In this document: positions 18,666 through 27,869 of the stretch, one piece after another | How positions within the stretch are numbered: position 1 is the stretch's first letter | Layout: each line of letters opens with the position of its first letter | Virus record (IMG/VR): IMGVR_UViG_3300012663_001011 | Span: 1 to 54,168 of that record | Reading direction: 5' to 3' (one strand) | Origin: a virus | Lineage: Duplodnaviria > Caudoviricetes | DNA: 54,168 nucleotides | The notes under the pieces: generated by a model | Databases searched by the model: none | Told to the model about the DNA's origin: nothing | What the model saw: only the letters and a program-made list of their open reading frames with translations | Translations under genes and position numbers: made by a program

Positions 18666-19381
18666 TATACAGATACCTTAGTGTTTATTAAGTCTAACAC
18701 TTTTTCAATTGTAGGATCTGATATAATATGAGATCTTGTTTCACCTTCGTTTACAGTAGAATGCCACACTGACGCATTGATCAAGTATACTTTACCCGTT
18801 TGAAATGTATATGCCCTCTCTAAATTTTCTCCATATAAAAATTTAGAACCAGGATGTGTAACAATAGGTATATGAACTCTCAAACATCTATAATTACCGT
18901 CAGTGTGTCCTAAAATTCCTGCACCTGAATAATGATGTGTAATTCTAGATTGTTTAAAAGTTTCGGAACCTAACGTGTCCACTAATGTCTTAAAATATCC
19001 TACTAGATATTTGTCTTGTATTTTGTAAGGTAGTTTTTGCTCGAGCTCCGGGTAGAACTCGGGTTTGGCAGCAAACGGTGGTGGGATAGGTAAATTAGTT
19101 TCAGCCGGCCAATCTAATCCCCAACTGGTTACTGGACCATAAATTCGTTCATTGTAACCGTAAAGAGAATCTTTGTTGTATGCAGCATATTGTTCTTTAA
19201 TATACGGATTATTAAAAAAACTAAACTCTAAATCTGCGTATGTTGTAGTAACATAGGTATACCATTCTAGTAACTTTTTAGAGTCTACAGTTATAGGCAA
19301 CTCGATAATGTCCCAATCGAGACTGCTTAAAAATTCTTCTGTAATTTTACCAGGGTCGTAATCTACAATATATCTTTGCAT
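18665..19381 (-). CDS. AspH-like Fe(II)/2OG oxygenase
   Basis: GHTD...RVHIPIVT...WHSTVN...RSHI; paralog of 16284-17009. Confidence 0.75.
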   Translation of the reverse strand: MQRYIVDYDPGKITEEFLSSLDWDIIELPITVDSKKLLEWYTYVTTTYADLEFSFFNNPYIKEQYAAYNKDSLYGYNERIYGPVTSWGLDWPAETNLPIPPPFAAKPEFYPELEQKLPYKIQDKYLVGYFKTLVDTLGSETFKQSRITHHYSGAGILGHTDGNYRCLRVHIPIVTHPGSKFLYGENLERAYTFQTGKVYLINASVWHSTVNEGETRSHIISDPTIEKVLDLINTKVSV

Positions 19382-19385
19382 CAAG

Positions 19386-19403
19386 TACTTATCTGTGTAA
19401 ATA
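19386..19403. promoter_or_regulatory. Back-to-back late-type promoters
   Basis: TAAGTA on minus, 4 nt before ATG 19381; TAAATA on plus, 5 nt before ATG 19409. The intergenic gap is only 27 nt. Confidence 0.55.
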
Positions 19404-19408
19404 TTGCT

Positions 19409-19852
19409 ATGGAATTAATCAGAGAAAACAAAGAGAAACATCGTGCTACATATTTCTGCGGCGATCGATATCGAAAAGTTTGGACTAATACAACTCCTAA
19501 GTGGATCAGTGATCACGTACAACTTCTTAAAGAACAGGTTCCAAATTATGTTTTAGATTTTGGAAACAATTGGATAGACTATAAAATCATCGAAGGTACA
19601 CCTGCTAGTAAATTTCCACAGACACCTGAATTTATAGAACGCATATATGATTTTTGTTTAGATAATGTTACTGAAATACTACCTTATGTACACGGAGACT
19701 GGACATTAAGTAATATGATTATTCACGGTGACAAAATAACAATGTGTGATTGGGATAATTTAGGCATATATCCGATGGACGAAGTCTACGATAAATTACA
19801 TAGAGACTTATTAAGTAGTTTTGGAGATCCGTTTCTTAAATATATGGAGTAG
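19409..19852 (+). CDS. Minimal protein-kinase-like (APH/RIO-type) phosphotransferase, 147 aa
   Basis: Catalytic loop HGDWTLSN and DWD (DFG-equivalent). Confidence 0.65.
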   Translation: MELIRENKEKHRATYFCGDRYRKVWTNTTPKWISDHVQLLKEQVPNYVLDFGNNWIDYKIIEGTPASKFPQTPEFIERIYDFCLDNVTEILPYVHGDWTLSNMIIHGDKITMCDWDNLGIYPMDEVYDKLHRDLLSSFGDPFLKYME

Positions 19853-19892
19853 GCCTTACTCCAGATCGCTGCTGTCGAGCATCGATATAAAG

Positions 19893-19898
19893 TAAATA
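19893..19898 (+). promoter_or_regulatory. Late-type promoter (TAAATA)
   Basis: 7 nt before ATG 19906; no SD. Confidence 0.5.
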
Positions 19899-19905
19899 TT
19901 TCACT

Positions 19906-21123
19906 ATGACTCCCCAATCATTTAGTTACCCAACGTTAGGAAAAGACGGCATAATATATGTGCCTCCTTACGGCCTAACTGAAAGTTTAGATTATATGTT
20001 AGCGATTAATCCGTTAACGTATGCAGTTTTAAAAATTCCACTAGAAGTAAATTCTAGTAAAGAAAAATGGACCTTTGGCATTGTATCTGGGGACAAGATA
20101 TATTGGCTACCTTATGGTGAAGACCGCATTTTAGTTTATGACACGCACTTTGAGTGTGTGAGTTACATTGATATTAACTGGCCAGAGGGAGTTAGCAATA
20201 CTTGCGGCAAATATGTTCAAGGACATATTTACAATAACAAAATATTTGCTCTGCCATACGGTGAAGATAAGCCACTGGATTACGTGTTAATCGTAGACTT
20301 AGAAACCGATACCGCTGATTTAAAATATATAGCTGTTCCCGAAAACGATTGTAAGAAGTGGCATCAAAGTGTGCTGCGTAAAAATAAAATACACGCGGTA
20401 CCTAGAGGTGCGTATACACCTTTTAACTATGCTGTTGAATACAACTGTGACGACGGATCCGTTAAACTAACTAATCTTGCAGGCCTGTATGCTGACCACG
20501 CTAACACAACTATGAAGTTTACTACCATAGCCCTTGTGGATGATATAATCTACGCACCACCATATGGCTATCACGACGACTTTGACTATATGTTAGTAAA
20601 CAAAGAAAATGAGTGGCAATGTCAGCATACAGGACTTACAGGAACCACACGCAAATATTTTACAAATATCAAAACTAAGAATAATAAACTGTATTTTCCG
20701 CCTGCAGGACATCATTCAGAGTGGAGCAAGTTTTTAATTATAGATAAGGGTGTTGTTAAGACCATAGATTTAGACGTTACTAAAGAAACCAAAAAGTATT
20801 TTGCTGGGGTGGAAAACAGTCAAGGTAAGGTATACTACATTCCACGAGGAGGTTGCGTATGCGATCCTGATGCAGATTTAAAACTCACAGGAGATCTTGC
20901 TGAAATCCTTGTTGTCAACACCAAAGACGATAGTTACTATACTGTAGATGTCAGTGAATGTTTCACAGATAATACAACCATTGAGAAGTACAATGCCTGT
21001 TGTATTGTTAATGATGTAATATTTGCAATGCCATATGGAGAAAGTTCTAGCTTTCAAACAGTGTTGGTGTTTGACACAAAGACAGAAACGATTGTTAAAA
21101 GAATGGATCTAAATGAGTTATAA
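19906..21123 (+). CDS. Beta-propeller-like repeat protein, 405 aa
   Basis: About 8 repeats: IYVPPYG, IYWLPYG, IFALPYG, IHAVPRG, IYAPPYG, LYFPPAG, VYYIPRG, IFAMPYG. Confidence 0.7.
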   Translation: MTPQSFSYPTLGKDGIIYVPPYGLTESLDYMLAINPLTYAVLKIPLEVNSSKEKWTFGIVSGDKIYWLPYGEDRILVYDTHFECVSYIDINWPEGVSNTCGKYVQGHIYNNKIFALPYGEDKPLDYVLIVDLETDTADLKYIAVPENDCKKWHQSVLRKNKIHAVPRGAYTPFNYAVEYNCDDGSVKLTNLAGLYADHANTTMKFTTIALVDDIIYAPPYGYHDDFDYMLVNKENEWQCQHTGLTGTTRKYFTNIKTKNNKLYFPPAGHHSEWSKFLIIDKGVVKTIDLDVTKETKKYFAGVENSQGKVYYIPRGGCVCDPDADLKLTGDLAEILVVNTKDDSYYTVDVSECFTDNTTIEKYNACCIVNDVIFAMPYGESSSFQTVLVFDTKTETIVKRMDLNEL

Positions 21124-22264
21124 ATCATTTGAGGATTTTTATCGAGAGGCGGAAATTAAACACTTGTTGTTTTTTGAAAATAATAATACGTTAATAAGCC
21201 CGCCGTTTTGCACAGATAATTGCAAAGAATATAGCAACGTGCTTACATACGACCAAGGTAACGTGTCTGCTATGTCAGTAGATACACAACCGGCAACCAG
21301 CAAATACAATTCAATGGCCGTGGTGGAAGATAGTGTATGGTTTGCCCCTTACGGAATCTGGGATCACTTCAATACAGTGCTAGAAATAAAAAACGGAATC
21401 CCAATAAGTCATACTATAGACAGCACAGCCAAGGGACAATTTTATAATCTAGCTACTAATGGCACTAGTGCGTTTGCTGCTCCATTAGGATACGAAGAAG
21501 TTAGTTTCGGCCTTTTTATTAAAAACGGACAAGTAAAGCAGATCCCATTCCCTGTAACAGGTGAGCTTAAAAAACATATGGGTACTGTTTGGTGCAATGG
21601 GTATTACTGGAGTCCGCCGAGAGGGGAAAGTTATAACTATAATCAAATTTTAAAATTCAATCCTGATACAGAAGAATTAAATTTTATAGAAGCAGATTTA
21701 CCTAAGGCAAGACGAAAATACAGCGACTTCATTGTTGCTGGAAATAAACTATTTGCACTGCCATTAGGTCGAGACCTTGAGCTATGTCATATGCTTATAG
21801 TAGATACCGACACCGATACAGTAGAGTTAGTTAAATTGCAGATTCCCGACTTTGTAAAAAAATATAATGCAGGTGTTCTAATAGGCGATGTGATTATAGC
21901 AATGCCGTATGGACACAAAGAAGATGGTACTGCTAACTATGGACTGATTTTCAACACCATTACACACGAACATACAACGTTTGACATATCTCAATCTTTT
22001 GGTGGAAAATATAGATTTAGAACAGGTATAGAGTTTAATGGAAATGCAGTATTTTTTCCTGCAGGGTCACCTAATGTCAAACTTATAGCAGTAGACACGT
22101 CTGGAAATATAATATTTGATAAACTATTTCAAGAGTATGTGTTAGGAAGACCTGTAAAATATAATAATAACTTGATCACTATTGCATATCACGTTTTATC
22201 AAAACAACATTACGTACTCAGTATGAATGCTGAGTTTCAATTCGAATTTACAAAACTATGTTAA
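21113..22264 (+). CDS. Beta-propeller-like repeat protein, 383 aa
   Basis: VWFAPYG, AFAAPLG, YWSPPRG, LFALPLG, IIAMPYG, VFFPAG repeats; paralog of previous gene. Confidence 0.7.
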   Translation: MSYKSFEDFYREAEIKHLLFFENNNTLISPPFCTDNCKEYSNVLTYDQGNVSAMSVDTQPATSKYNSMAVVEDSVWFAPYGIWDHFNTVLEIKNGIPISHTIDSTAKGQFYNLATNGTSAFAAPLGYEEVSFGLFIKNGQVKQIPFPVTGELKKHMGTVWCNGYYWSPPRGESYNYNQILKFNPDTEELNFIEADLPKARRKYSDFIVAGNKLFALPLGRDLELCHMLIVDTDTDTVELVKLQIPDFVKKYNAGVLIGDVIIAMPYGHKEDGTANYGLIFNTITHEHTTFDISQSFGGKYRFRTGIEFNGNAVFFPAGSPNVKLIAVDTSGNIIFDKLFQEYVLGRPVKYNNNLITIAYHVLSKQHYVLSMNAEFQFEFTKLC

Positions 22265-23352
22265 AATGTTACGCACCGTGGCACGCTTTAAGTATTAGAT
22301 TTAACGGAGATGTTGCGCCAGACTGTGTCTACACAGGTCGCTTTGGCAACATATTAACTGACCCGTTGCCTAAAATACTGAGTAGTATTGGATTAGAAAA
22401 AACAAGGAACGACATCAAGAACGGAATACTGCCACCGGATTGTTCGTCGTGCATACAAAAAGAACATCATAACAATAATAGTCGTAGGGTATTCTTTCAG
22501 CATCACCTTAATCCAATGGTCCCTGACTTCGATAACCCGCAATCAGACATTTACTTTTTAGAATTTAATATGAGTAACGTGTGCAATTTAAAATGCAGAA
22601 TGTGTTGCGGGATTAATTCCACAGCTTGGATTAAAGAAGATATTAAACTTGTAGAAAAATATAAAATTTTTCGACCAATCACTGATAAAGAATTCGGATA
22701 TACTAATGTGCCTGCAACAATTGTAGACAACTTATTCAAGTATCCTGAGTATTTTAAGAATCTACAGTATGTAAACATCAAAGGCGGCGAACCTTACTTA
22801 GAGCCAGCTAATAAAAAAATAATGAAGTACCTAATTGATATGGGTATTGCTAAAAATATCACCTTAGATATTGGTACCAATGGTACTATTGTAGATAAAG
22901 AGTTTGACAACCTTGCTTTGCAATTTAAAAAAACAATATGGCACGTTAGCATCGAAGGCATTGGAGAGATGTACAATTATATTAGAGGTGGAGGTAATTT
23001 TACTTTTGAACAATTAGAAGATAATCTCAAAGAGTTTGCTAAATTTGATCGCGTAATTTTAGCAGGTACTGTGACACCATATAACGTCTGTCACTTAAAC
23101 AAAGTTAGGGACTGGTTTGAAACTGTTAAACAAGACAACTTTGAATTATTCTTTACAAATATGGTAGTAACACCATCATATCTAAATCCTTGTGTGTTAC
23201 CCGATTATATATTAGAAGGTACAGGATATAAACACGACCCTGCACTAGACGGTGACCTTCAAATGTTCATCGATTACACTAAAGCGTTGGATGAAATTAG
23301 AGGAACTAATGTGTTAGATGTGTGCCCCGAATTAGACACGCTCTTTACGTAG
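22258..23352 (+). CDS. Radical SAM protein with N-terminal SPASM/twitch-like domain
   Basis: CYAPW...PDC...CSSC; CNLKCRMC; KGGEP; TNGT. Confidence 0.88.
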   Translation: MLKCYAPWHALSIRFNGDVAPDCVYTGRFGNILTDPLPKILSSIGLEKTRNDIKNGILPPDCSSCIQKEHHNNNSRRVFFQHHLNPMVPDFDNPQSDIYFLEFNMSNVCNLKCRMCCGINSTAWIKEDIKLVEKYKIFRPITDKEFGYTNVPATIVDNLFKYPEYFKNLQYVNIKGGEPYLEPANKKIMKYLIDMGIAKNITLDIGTNGTIVDKEFDNLALQFKKTIWHVSIEGIGEMYNYIRGGGNFTFEQLEDNLKEFAKFDRVILAGTVTPYNVCHLNKVRDWFETVKQDNFELFFTNMVVTPSYLNPCVLPDYILEGTGYKHDPALDGDLQMFIDYTKALDEIRGTNVLDVCPELDTLFT

Positions 23353-24240
23353 ATAGATATCACTTAAACACGGACACTTCTTAGCATCGCATACAATAGG
23401 TTCAGTAGGCAATGTGTAAGTTTTTAAATCGCCGATTGGGCCGCCTTGCTTACAGTCCGACCTGTACATATCACCCCACATATCAATGTTAACCATATGA
23501 AGACCTCCCCAACAAGTCCACCCTTTGTAGTTGTTAAGGTCATTTAAGATAATATCGTTTGCTGTTATTTTTTTATCATCTAATAATATGTCACCGCGAT
23601 GCAATTTTTGATCATCTAAGACTTTAAAATAAGGCCAGTTCTTTATAAATGCAGTTTGCTCACTGCTGTATTCTGTGACTTTATTTGAAATGCCGTGTAT
23701 GCTAGCAGACTTGTCTAGGATTAACTTAGGCCATACTACCATATTTTCCGAACCGTTGTATAATTTTTCTGCTATATCTACAAGTTCATTAAACTTTTCA
23801 GGCAGCATCATTAGATTAACAAATACCCCACACTTCATAACCTTAGCAATTTCAATGAAGTGATCCACGTCGGCATAATCGGGATGGTAGCTGATTATCA
23901 TTCCGTCTGTGTACGGACTTATCTTTTCAAAATACTCAACTGACTGACTACCGTTAGTTAAGAAACTAAATGTGTGGCCCTTCGACTTCACTGTTTTTGC
24001 TAGGTCAATAAAATGTTTCCAGTATGTTGGCTCACCGCCGCTGATTCTGTAGCATAATTCTTTTCCTGCAACATTAAAATTTTCAACAAAGTTCTTAACT
24101 GTTGGCCAATCAGGATGCCCTGTAGTTCCGTTATGTAAATCATCTGGACAATATTTGCATTTATAATTGCATTTATTAGACAGTGTCCAACTAACTAAAA
24201 ACCAATTCTCTTTGGTAGGATCAGCGTATGATATTTTCAT
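23332..24240 (-). CDS. Radical SAM protein with C-terminal Cys-rich domain
   Basis: CNYKCKYC; SGGEPT; TNGS; CWGG...C...CDAKKCPC. Confidence 0.88.
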   Translation of the reverse strand: MKISYADPTKENWFLVSWTLSNKCNYKCKYCPDDLHNGTTGHPDWPTVKNFVENFNVAGKELCYRISGGEPTYWKHFIDLAKTVKSKGHTFSFLTNGSQSVEYFEKISPYTDGMIISYHPDYADVDHFIEIAKVMKCGVFVNLMMLPEKFNELVDIAEKLYNGSENMVVWPKLILDKSASIHGISNKVTEYSSEQTAFIKNWPYFKVLDDQKLHRGDILLDDKKITANDIILNDLNNYKGWTCWGGLHMVNIDMWGDMYRSDCKQGGPIGDLKTYTLPTEPIVCDAKKCPCLSDIYLRKERV

Positions 24241-24893
24241 TCGGCAATAGTGTTATTCATTACGAGACCGTGTGTACGCTCATTAAGTTTTACTGTGAGT
24301 ATAAGCGCATAGAGATTGTTACTGAAACTAAACACACTGTGATCTAACTGAGTATTGGCAAAATACAACCAGCCAGCTTCCGGGTAGATTGGTTTGCCGT
24401 CAAACATCTGTACATAGTTCTCTGGGCTGCATTTACCAAACACAGCTAGCAATCTAAAATATTCTGGACTTACTCCGTGAAAATCTCTATGAGGAGGAAA
24501 GAACCCTCCTTGGTCTACACGCAACAAATGAACGCGACCAATGTCAGGTGCAAACACATCTACAAGATTTTTAATGTCCGGAATAGCGTGATATACTTCT
24601 GTTGGGGTTGTAAAGTTTTCTTCTTTTAGCTCAACATTATGATATTTTTGCATATAGCCAAAACTGTTGAGATGGTAATTGTCCATTACATCACCAGTAT
24701 GGCTAGTTACTGGTAGTCCCCATCTATTGTTGTGCGAATCTTTTTTAACATTGTAAGGACACCAATTATCTTTAAACTGTTGCAGTTCTGCTTCAACTCC
24801 GTGCGGATTGAGTTTCCATTTTGTTTTAACAAACATACCCAAGTGAACTAAACTATTCCATAGTGCAGCACGTTCTAATTCTTCATTGGTCAT
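24237..24893 (-). CDS. AspH-like Fe(II)/2OG oxygenase
   Basis: GGFFPPHRD...YFANTQLDHSVFS. Confidence 0.7.
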   Translation of the reverse strand: MTNEELERAALWNSLVHLGMFVKTKWKLNPHGVEAELQQFKDNWCPYNVKKDSHNNRWGLPVTSHTGDVMDNYHLNSFGYMQKYHNVELKEENFTTPTEVYHAIPDIKNLVDVFAPDIGRVHLLRVDQGGFFPPHRDFHGVSPEYFRLLAVFGKCSPENYVQMFDGKPIYPEAGWLYFANTQLDHSVFSFSNNLYALILTVKLNERTHGLVMNNTIAE

Positions 24894-24897
24894 AGTA

Positions 24898-25884
24898 TTA
24901 ATCCTTAAATTGAATGTTTAATTTATCTATTTGTCCGCATTGCTTACTGCATTGCTTGAGAGGACGATCTTTCCACGTTGCTTCTACTCTGCTAAAGTAG
25001 TCAGTATTAAAAATTTCCGATAACGTTTGAGTTTTAAGACTGTGGTTTTTAAAATTGTTATCTAGAAAATCCACCTTTGCTGGAGAAATAGGAGGTACTC
25101 CTGTAAAGTCTAGCCAGCAACACGGAGAAACTTCTCCTTGAGAATTTATATAGATACTTTTTTCAGCAAGTGCTTTACAATTAATTACTTTATTTTCAGT
25201 TAGATTGTATTCTTGAAAGGATTTAGTTATACTCTGGCTTTTTATAGAAGGGTATAAAATATGTGTAGTCCTTCCGTCTTTGTCTAAAACGTGATGGCAA
25301 TCATCTCTAAATCTAGATGTGTTCTTAGAATAAAATTCCTTAAACCCTAGGTCAATGCTCATCTGCTTACATTGATTTACCTGATGCAAGTTATGTTCGA
25401 ATACCAACATATCCCATATAGCATAACCTCCATTGTTTATAAATGTTGTTGCGTTGTCGATGATCTTTTTCCAATCAGTGCCTACTCTATACAAGGCGTG
25501 AGTATCTTCAAGGCCATCAATTCCAAAACGTATGCTTACTCCTAGCTCTGCTAACTCTTGCCAAAAGGCTTTAGATCTAGCACTGCCGTTAGTGTTCATA
25601 CTGAGATTAATAGTAGGGTTTATTTCTCTAAGATATTTAAAAATTAAAACAGTGTCCGAAGCAACAACCGGATCTCCTAAATTGCCGCACATATATAATC
25701 GAGTTAACTGCTTAAGGAATTCAACAGAGAACCATTCTTTGAATGTATCTAATGTCACTTCATCAATGACCACCCAAGGGTTTTCAACACCGCCTTGCAG
25801 GTTTCTTGCACACATAGGACAGCTGGCCTGACATCTACTGGTAATTTCCAAATGCAATGTACGAATATCACTTAGACTATACAT
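24898..25884 (-). CDS. Radical SAM protein with SPASM/twitch domain
   Basis: CQASCPMC; CGNLGDP; TNGS; C-terminal C...PCC...CSKQC. Confidence 0.88.
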   Translation of the reverse strand: MYSLSDIRTLHLEITSRCQASCPMCARNLQGGVENPWVVIDEVTLDTFKEWFSVEFLKQLTRLYMCGNLGDPVVASDTVLIFKYLREINPTINLSMNTNGSARSKAFWQELAELGVSIRFGIDGLEDTHALYRVGTDWKKIIDNATTFINNGGYAIWDMLVFEHNLHQVNQCKQMSIDLGFKEFYSKNTSRFRDDCHHVLDKDGRTTHILYPSIKSQSITKSFQEYNLTENKVINCKALAEKSIYINSQGEVSPCCWLDFTGVPPISPAKVDFLDNNFKNHSLKTQTLSEIFNTDYFSRVEATWKDRPLKQCSKQCGQIDKLNIQFKD

Positions 25885-26487
25885 TTATTTTTTACCAATT
25901 AACATAAATCTTTTATACAATGGTAGATCAAGTTCACCGGCATACAAAATAGTTTCTAATTCTGACTGAGATTTAAATTCTTCTAAGTCTGCTGCAATCC
26001 TAACGTGTTCTGGTATTTTATAATCGTTACTCTGCAGAACTACTAAACTGTTATGAGGTAGACCAGATAGCCAAAGATCATATTGATCTTGCGTTATGTG
26101 TTCAAAACTTGTGTTAATAACAATGTCAGCATCGCTTCTAAATGTACACATATCGGCGGTAATGGCTCGAAACTTGCCTGCCTCAATTTCCATTTGATTC
26201 ATAGTTAACGCAATATTCTGACATTCTGGATCAATGTCAATGCTATTAATATGGCTTATGTACATATCGCTTTGAAATAACATACTGGCTAGCGTACCTA
26301 CCCAGCCGCCGTGTATATCAATAGTAGGCCATTCTTTGTGATGGCTTTTTAGTTTAGTTAATTCTGTAATCAGCCATTCCTTGCTTAAAATTTGTCCTCG
26401 CCAAAACGCATCCATAGTACGCATAGGATCTTTACTTTGGCGTATGGCCCGCATCCAGTGATGTAGGTGTTCTGTATCTATGTTCAT
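25885..26487 (-). CDS. Class I SAM-dependent methyltransferase-like protein
   Basis: IHGGWVG, SIDID, ADM, INTSFEH Rossmann motifs. Confidence 0.7.
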   Translation of the reverse strand: MNIDTEHLHHWMRAIRQSKDPMRTMDAFWRGQILSKEWLITELTKLKSHHKEWPTIDIHGGWVGTLASMLFQSDMYISHINSIDIDPECQNIALTMNQMEIEAGKFRAITADMCTFRSDADIVINTSFEHITQDQYDLWLSGLPHNSLVVLQSNDYKIPEHVRIAADLEEFKSQSELETILYAGELDLPLYKRFMLIGKK

Positions 26488-27869
26488 AATAGGTGTTCCA
26501 ACTCTGGAAATATTAGTTTTGCATCAGTTGCCCTAATACTATCTAAGTTAGCAGCATATTCTTTAAAGTCGGGCAACAAATGACTATGATCTTCTGCTAG
26601 TACAAATTTTAAAATACCTTCCCAACGTTTCCAACCTGCAGGATTATCGTTCCAAAAATAATCATCCTGTCTATAATTATCCCACAGCCATTGTTTAAAT
26701 TCTTCAAAGTCTTTAACTAATTGATCTTTATCTTCCTTTGGTAATATACGGGCAGATAAAAATGTAGGAATGTATAACATATGAAAATTAATAATGCCGC
26801 CTCCGGCTTCATTGCCAGCTAGGAAAAATTTATTAATTTTTTTAAAGTTTTGAGTGATCTTCCACTTGGCAAAATCTATAATGTGTTTGATATTAAAAAT
26901 TTGCACAGCACAGGCAATTCCAACTTTAATACTATCTGGAGTATTGTCTAGTTTTTCTAAAGCAGCCATAATTTCTGACCACTCAACTGGATAACGAATA
27001 TAATGATTTCTGTCAGTGATGGCATCTATACTGAATGCCACACGCACTTCTTTGAAATGACTCCATAGTTCAATAATATTGTCGTCTACTAACACGCCAT
27101 TTGAATTGTAACGTACTGTGATTTTTTTTGAATATCCTCTACGTACAATTTCTTCTAAGAATCGCTTGTGTTCTTTGATCATTAATGGCTCACCACCAGC
27201 AAAATACAATTGCTTGATGTTAGGGATTTGTTCAAACACTTCTTCCCAAAGCTCGGGACGTTCGTACCAATAATTGTTAAACGTATTTTTATCCCAGTTT
27301 ATTTGTTTTAGAACGATTGTGCTTTTTGTTTTTTGTATTAATTGATCATAGTCCTGAGTCCATCTACTGCTGTCGTGTGGTGTACACATTACACATTTTA
27401 AATTACAAGTATGTCCTAGTCGTAGATCTAGATATCTAATAATTGGATTTATAATACCATCTGCTTGTGTTTCCGCAATTAATTCTGCTAGGTCGATATC
27501 TTCTTCTTGCCAGTATGTTGTTTCCCAAACACGCTTACTGACCATTCCGTTAGCTTCTTCCTCAAAGCATTTGGCGCAACTTAAGGGGATTTTTCCCTGC
27601 ATCATTGTTGTACGAACGTCACGCATATATTCGTTATTAATGGCACTGGTAATTGTGTCAGTACCAAAGTTAGCTGGCTGGCCATTTTCTTTTTTAACCA
27701 GTCCAGCATCAAGTATACCTTTAGTCGCTTGGCTGGCATTGCTACCGCAGCATAGTCTAGCATCACCGTTAGGGCGGGTAGCTACGTGAATCCACGGTAG
27801 AACACAAAAAGTTGGAGTGCCCGACTTCTCTTCTATAATTTTAATTTGTTTTTTTAATTGTTCTGACAT
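26484..27869 (-). CDS. Twitch-domain radical SAM protein, 461 aa
   Basis: FCVLPW...LCC...CAKC; CNLKCVMC; AGGEP. Confidence 0.88.
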   Translation of the reverse strand: MSEQLKKQIKIIEEKSGTPTFCVLPWIHVATRPNGDARLCCGSNASQATKGILDAGLVKKENGQPANFGTDTITSAINNEYMRDVRTTMMQGKIPLSCAKCFEEEANGMVSKRVWETTYWQEEDIDLAELIAETQADGIINPIIRYLDLRLGHTCNLKCVMCTPHDSSRWTQDYDQLIQKTKSTIVLKQINWDKNTFNNYWYERPELWEEVFEQIPNIKQLYFAGGEPLMIKEHKRFLEEIVRRGYSKKITVRYNSNGVLVDDNIIELWSHFKEVRVAFSIDAITDRNHYIRYPVEWSEIMAALEKLDNTPDSIKVGIACAVQIFNIKHIIDFAKWKITQNFKKINKFFLAGNEAGGGIINFHMLYIPTFLSARILPKEDKDQLVKDFEEFKQWLWDNYRQDDYFWNDNPAGWKRWEGILKFVLAEDHSHLLPDFKEYAANLDSIRATDAKLIFPELEHLL

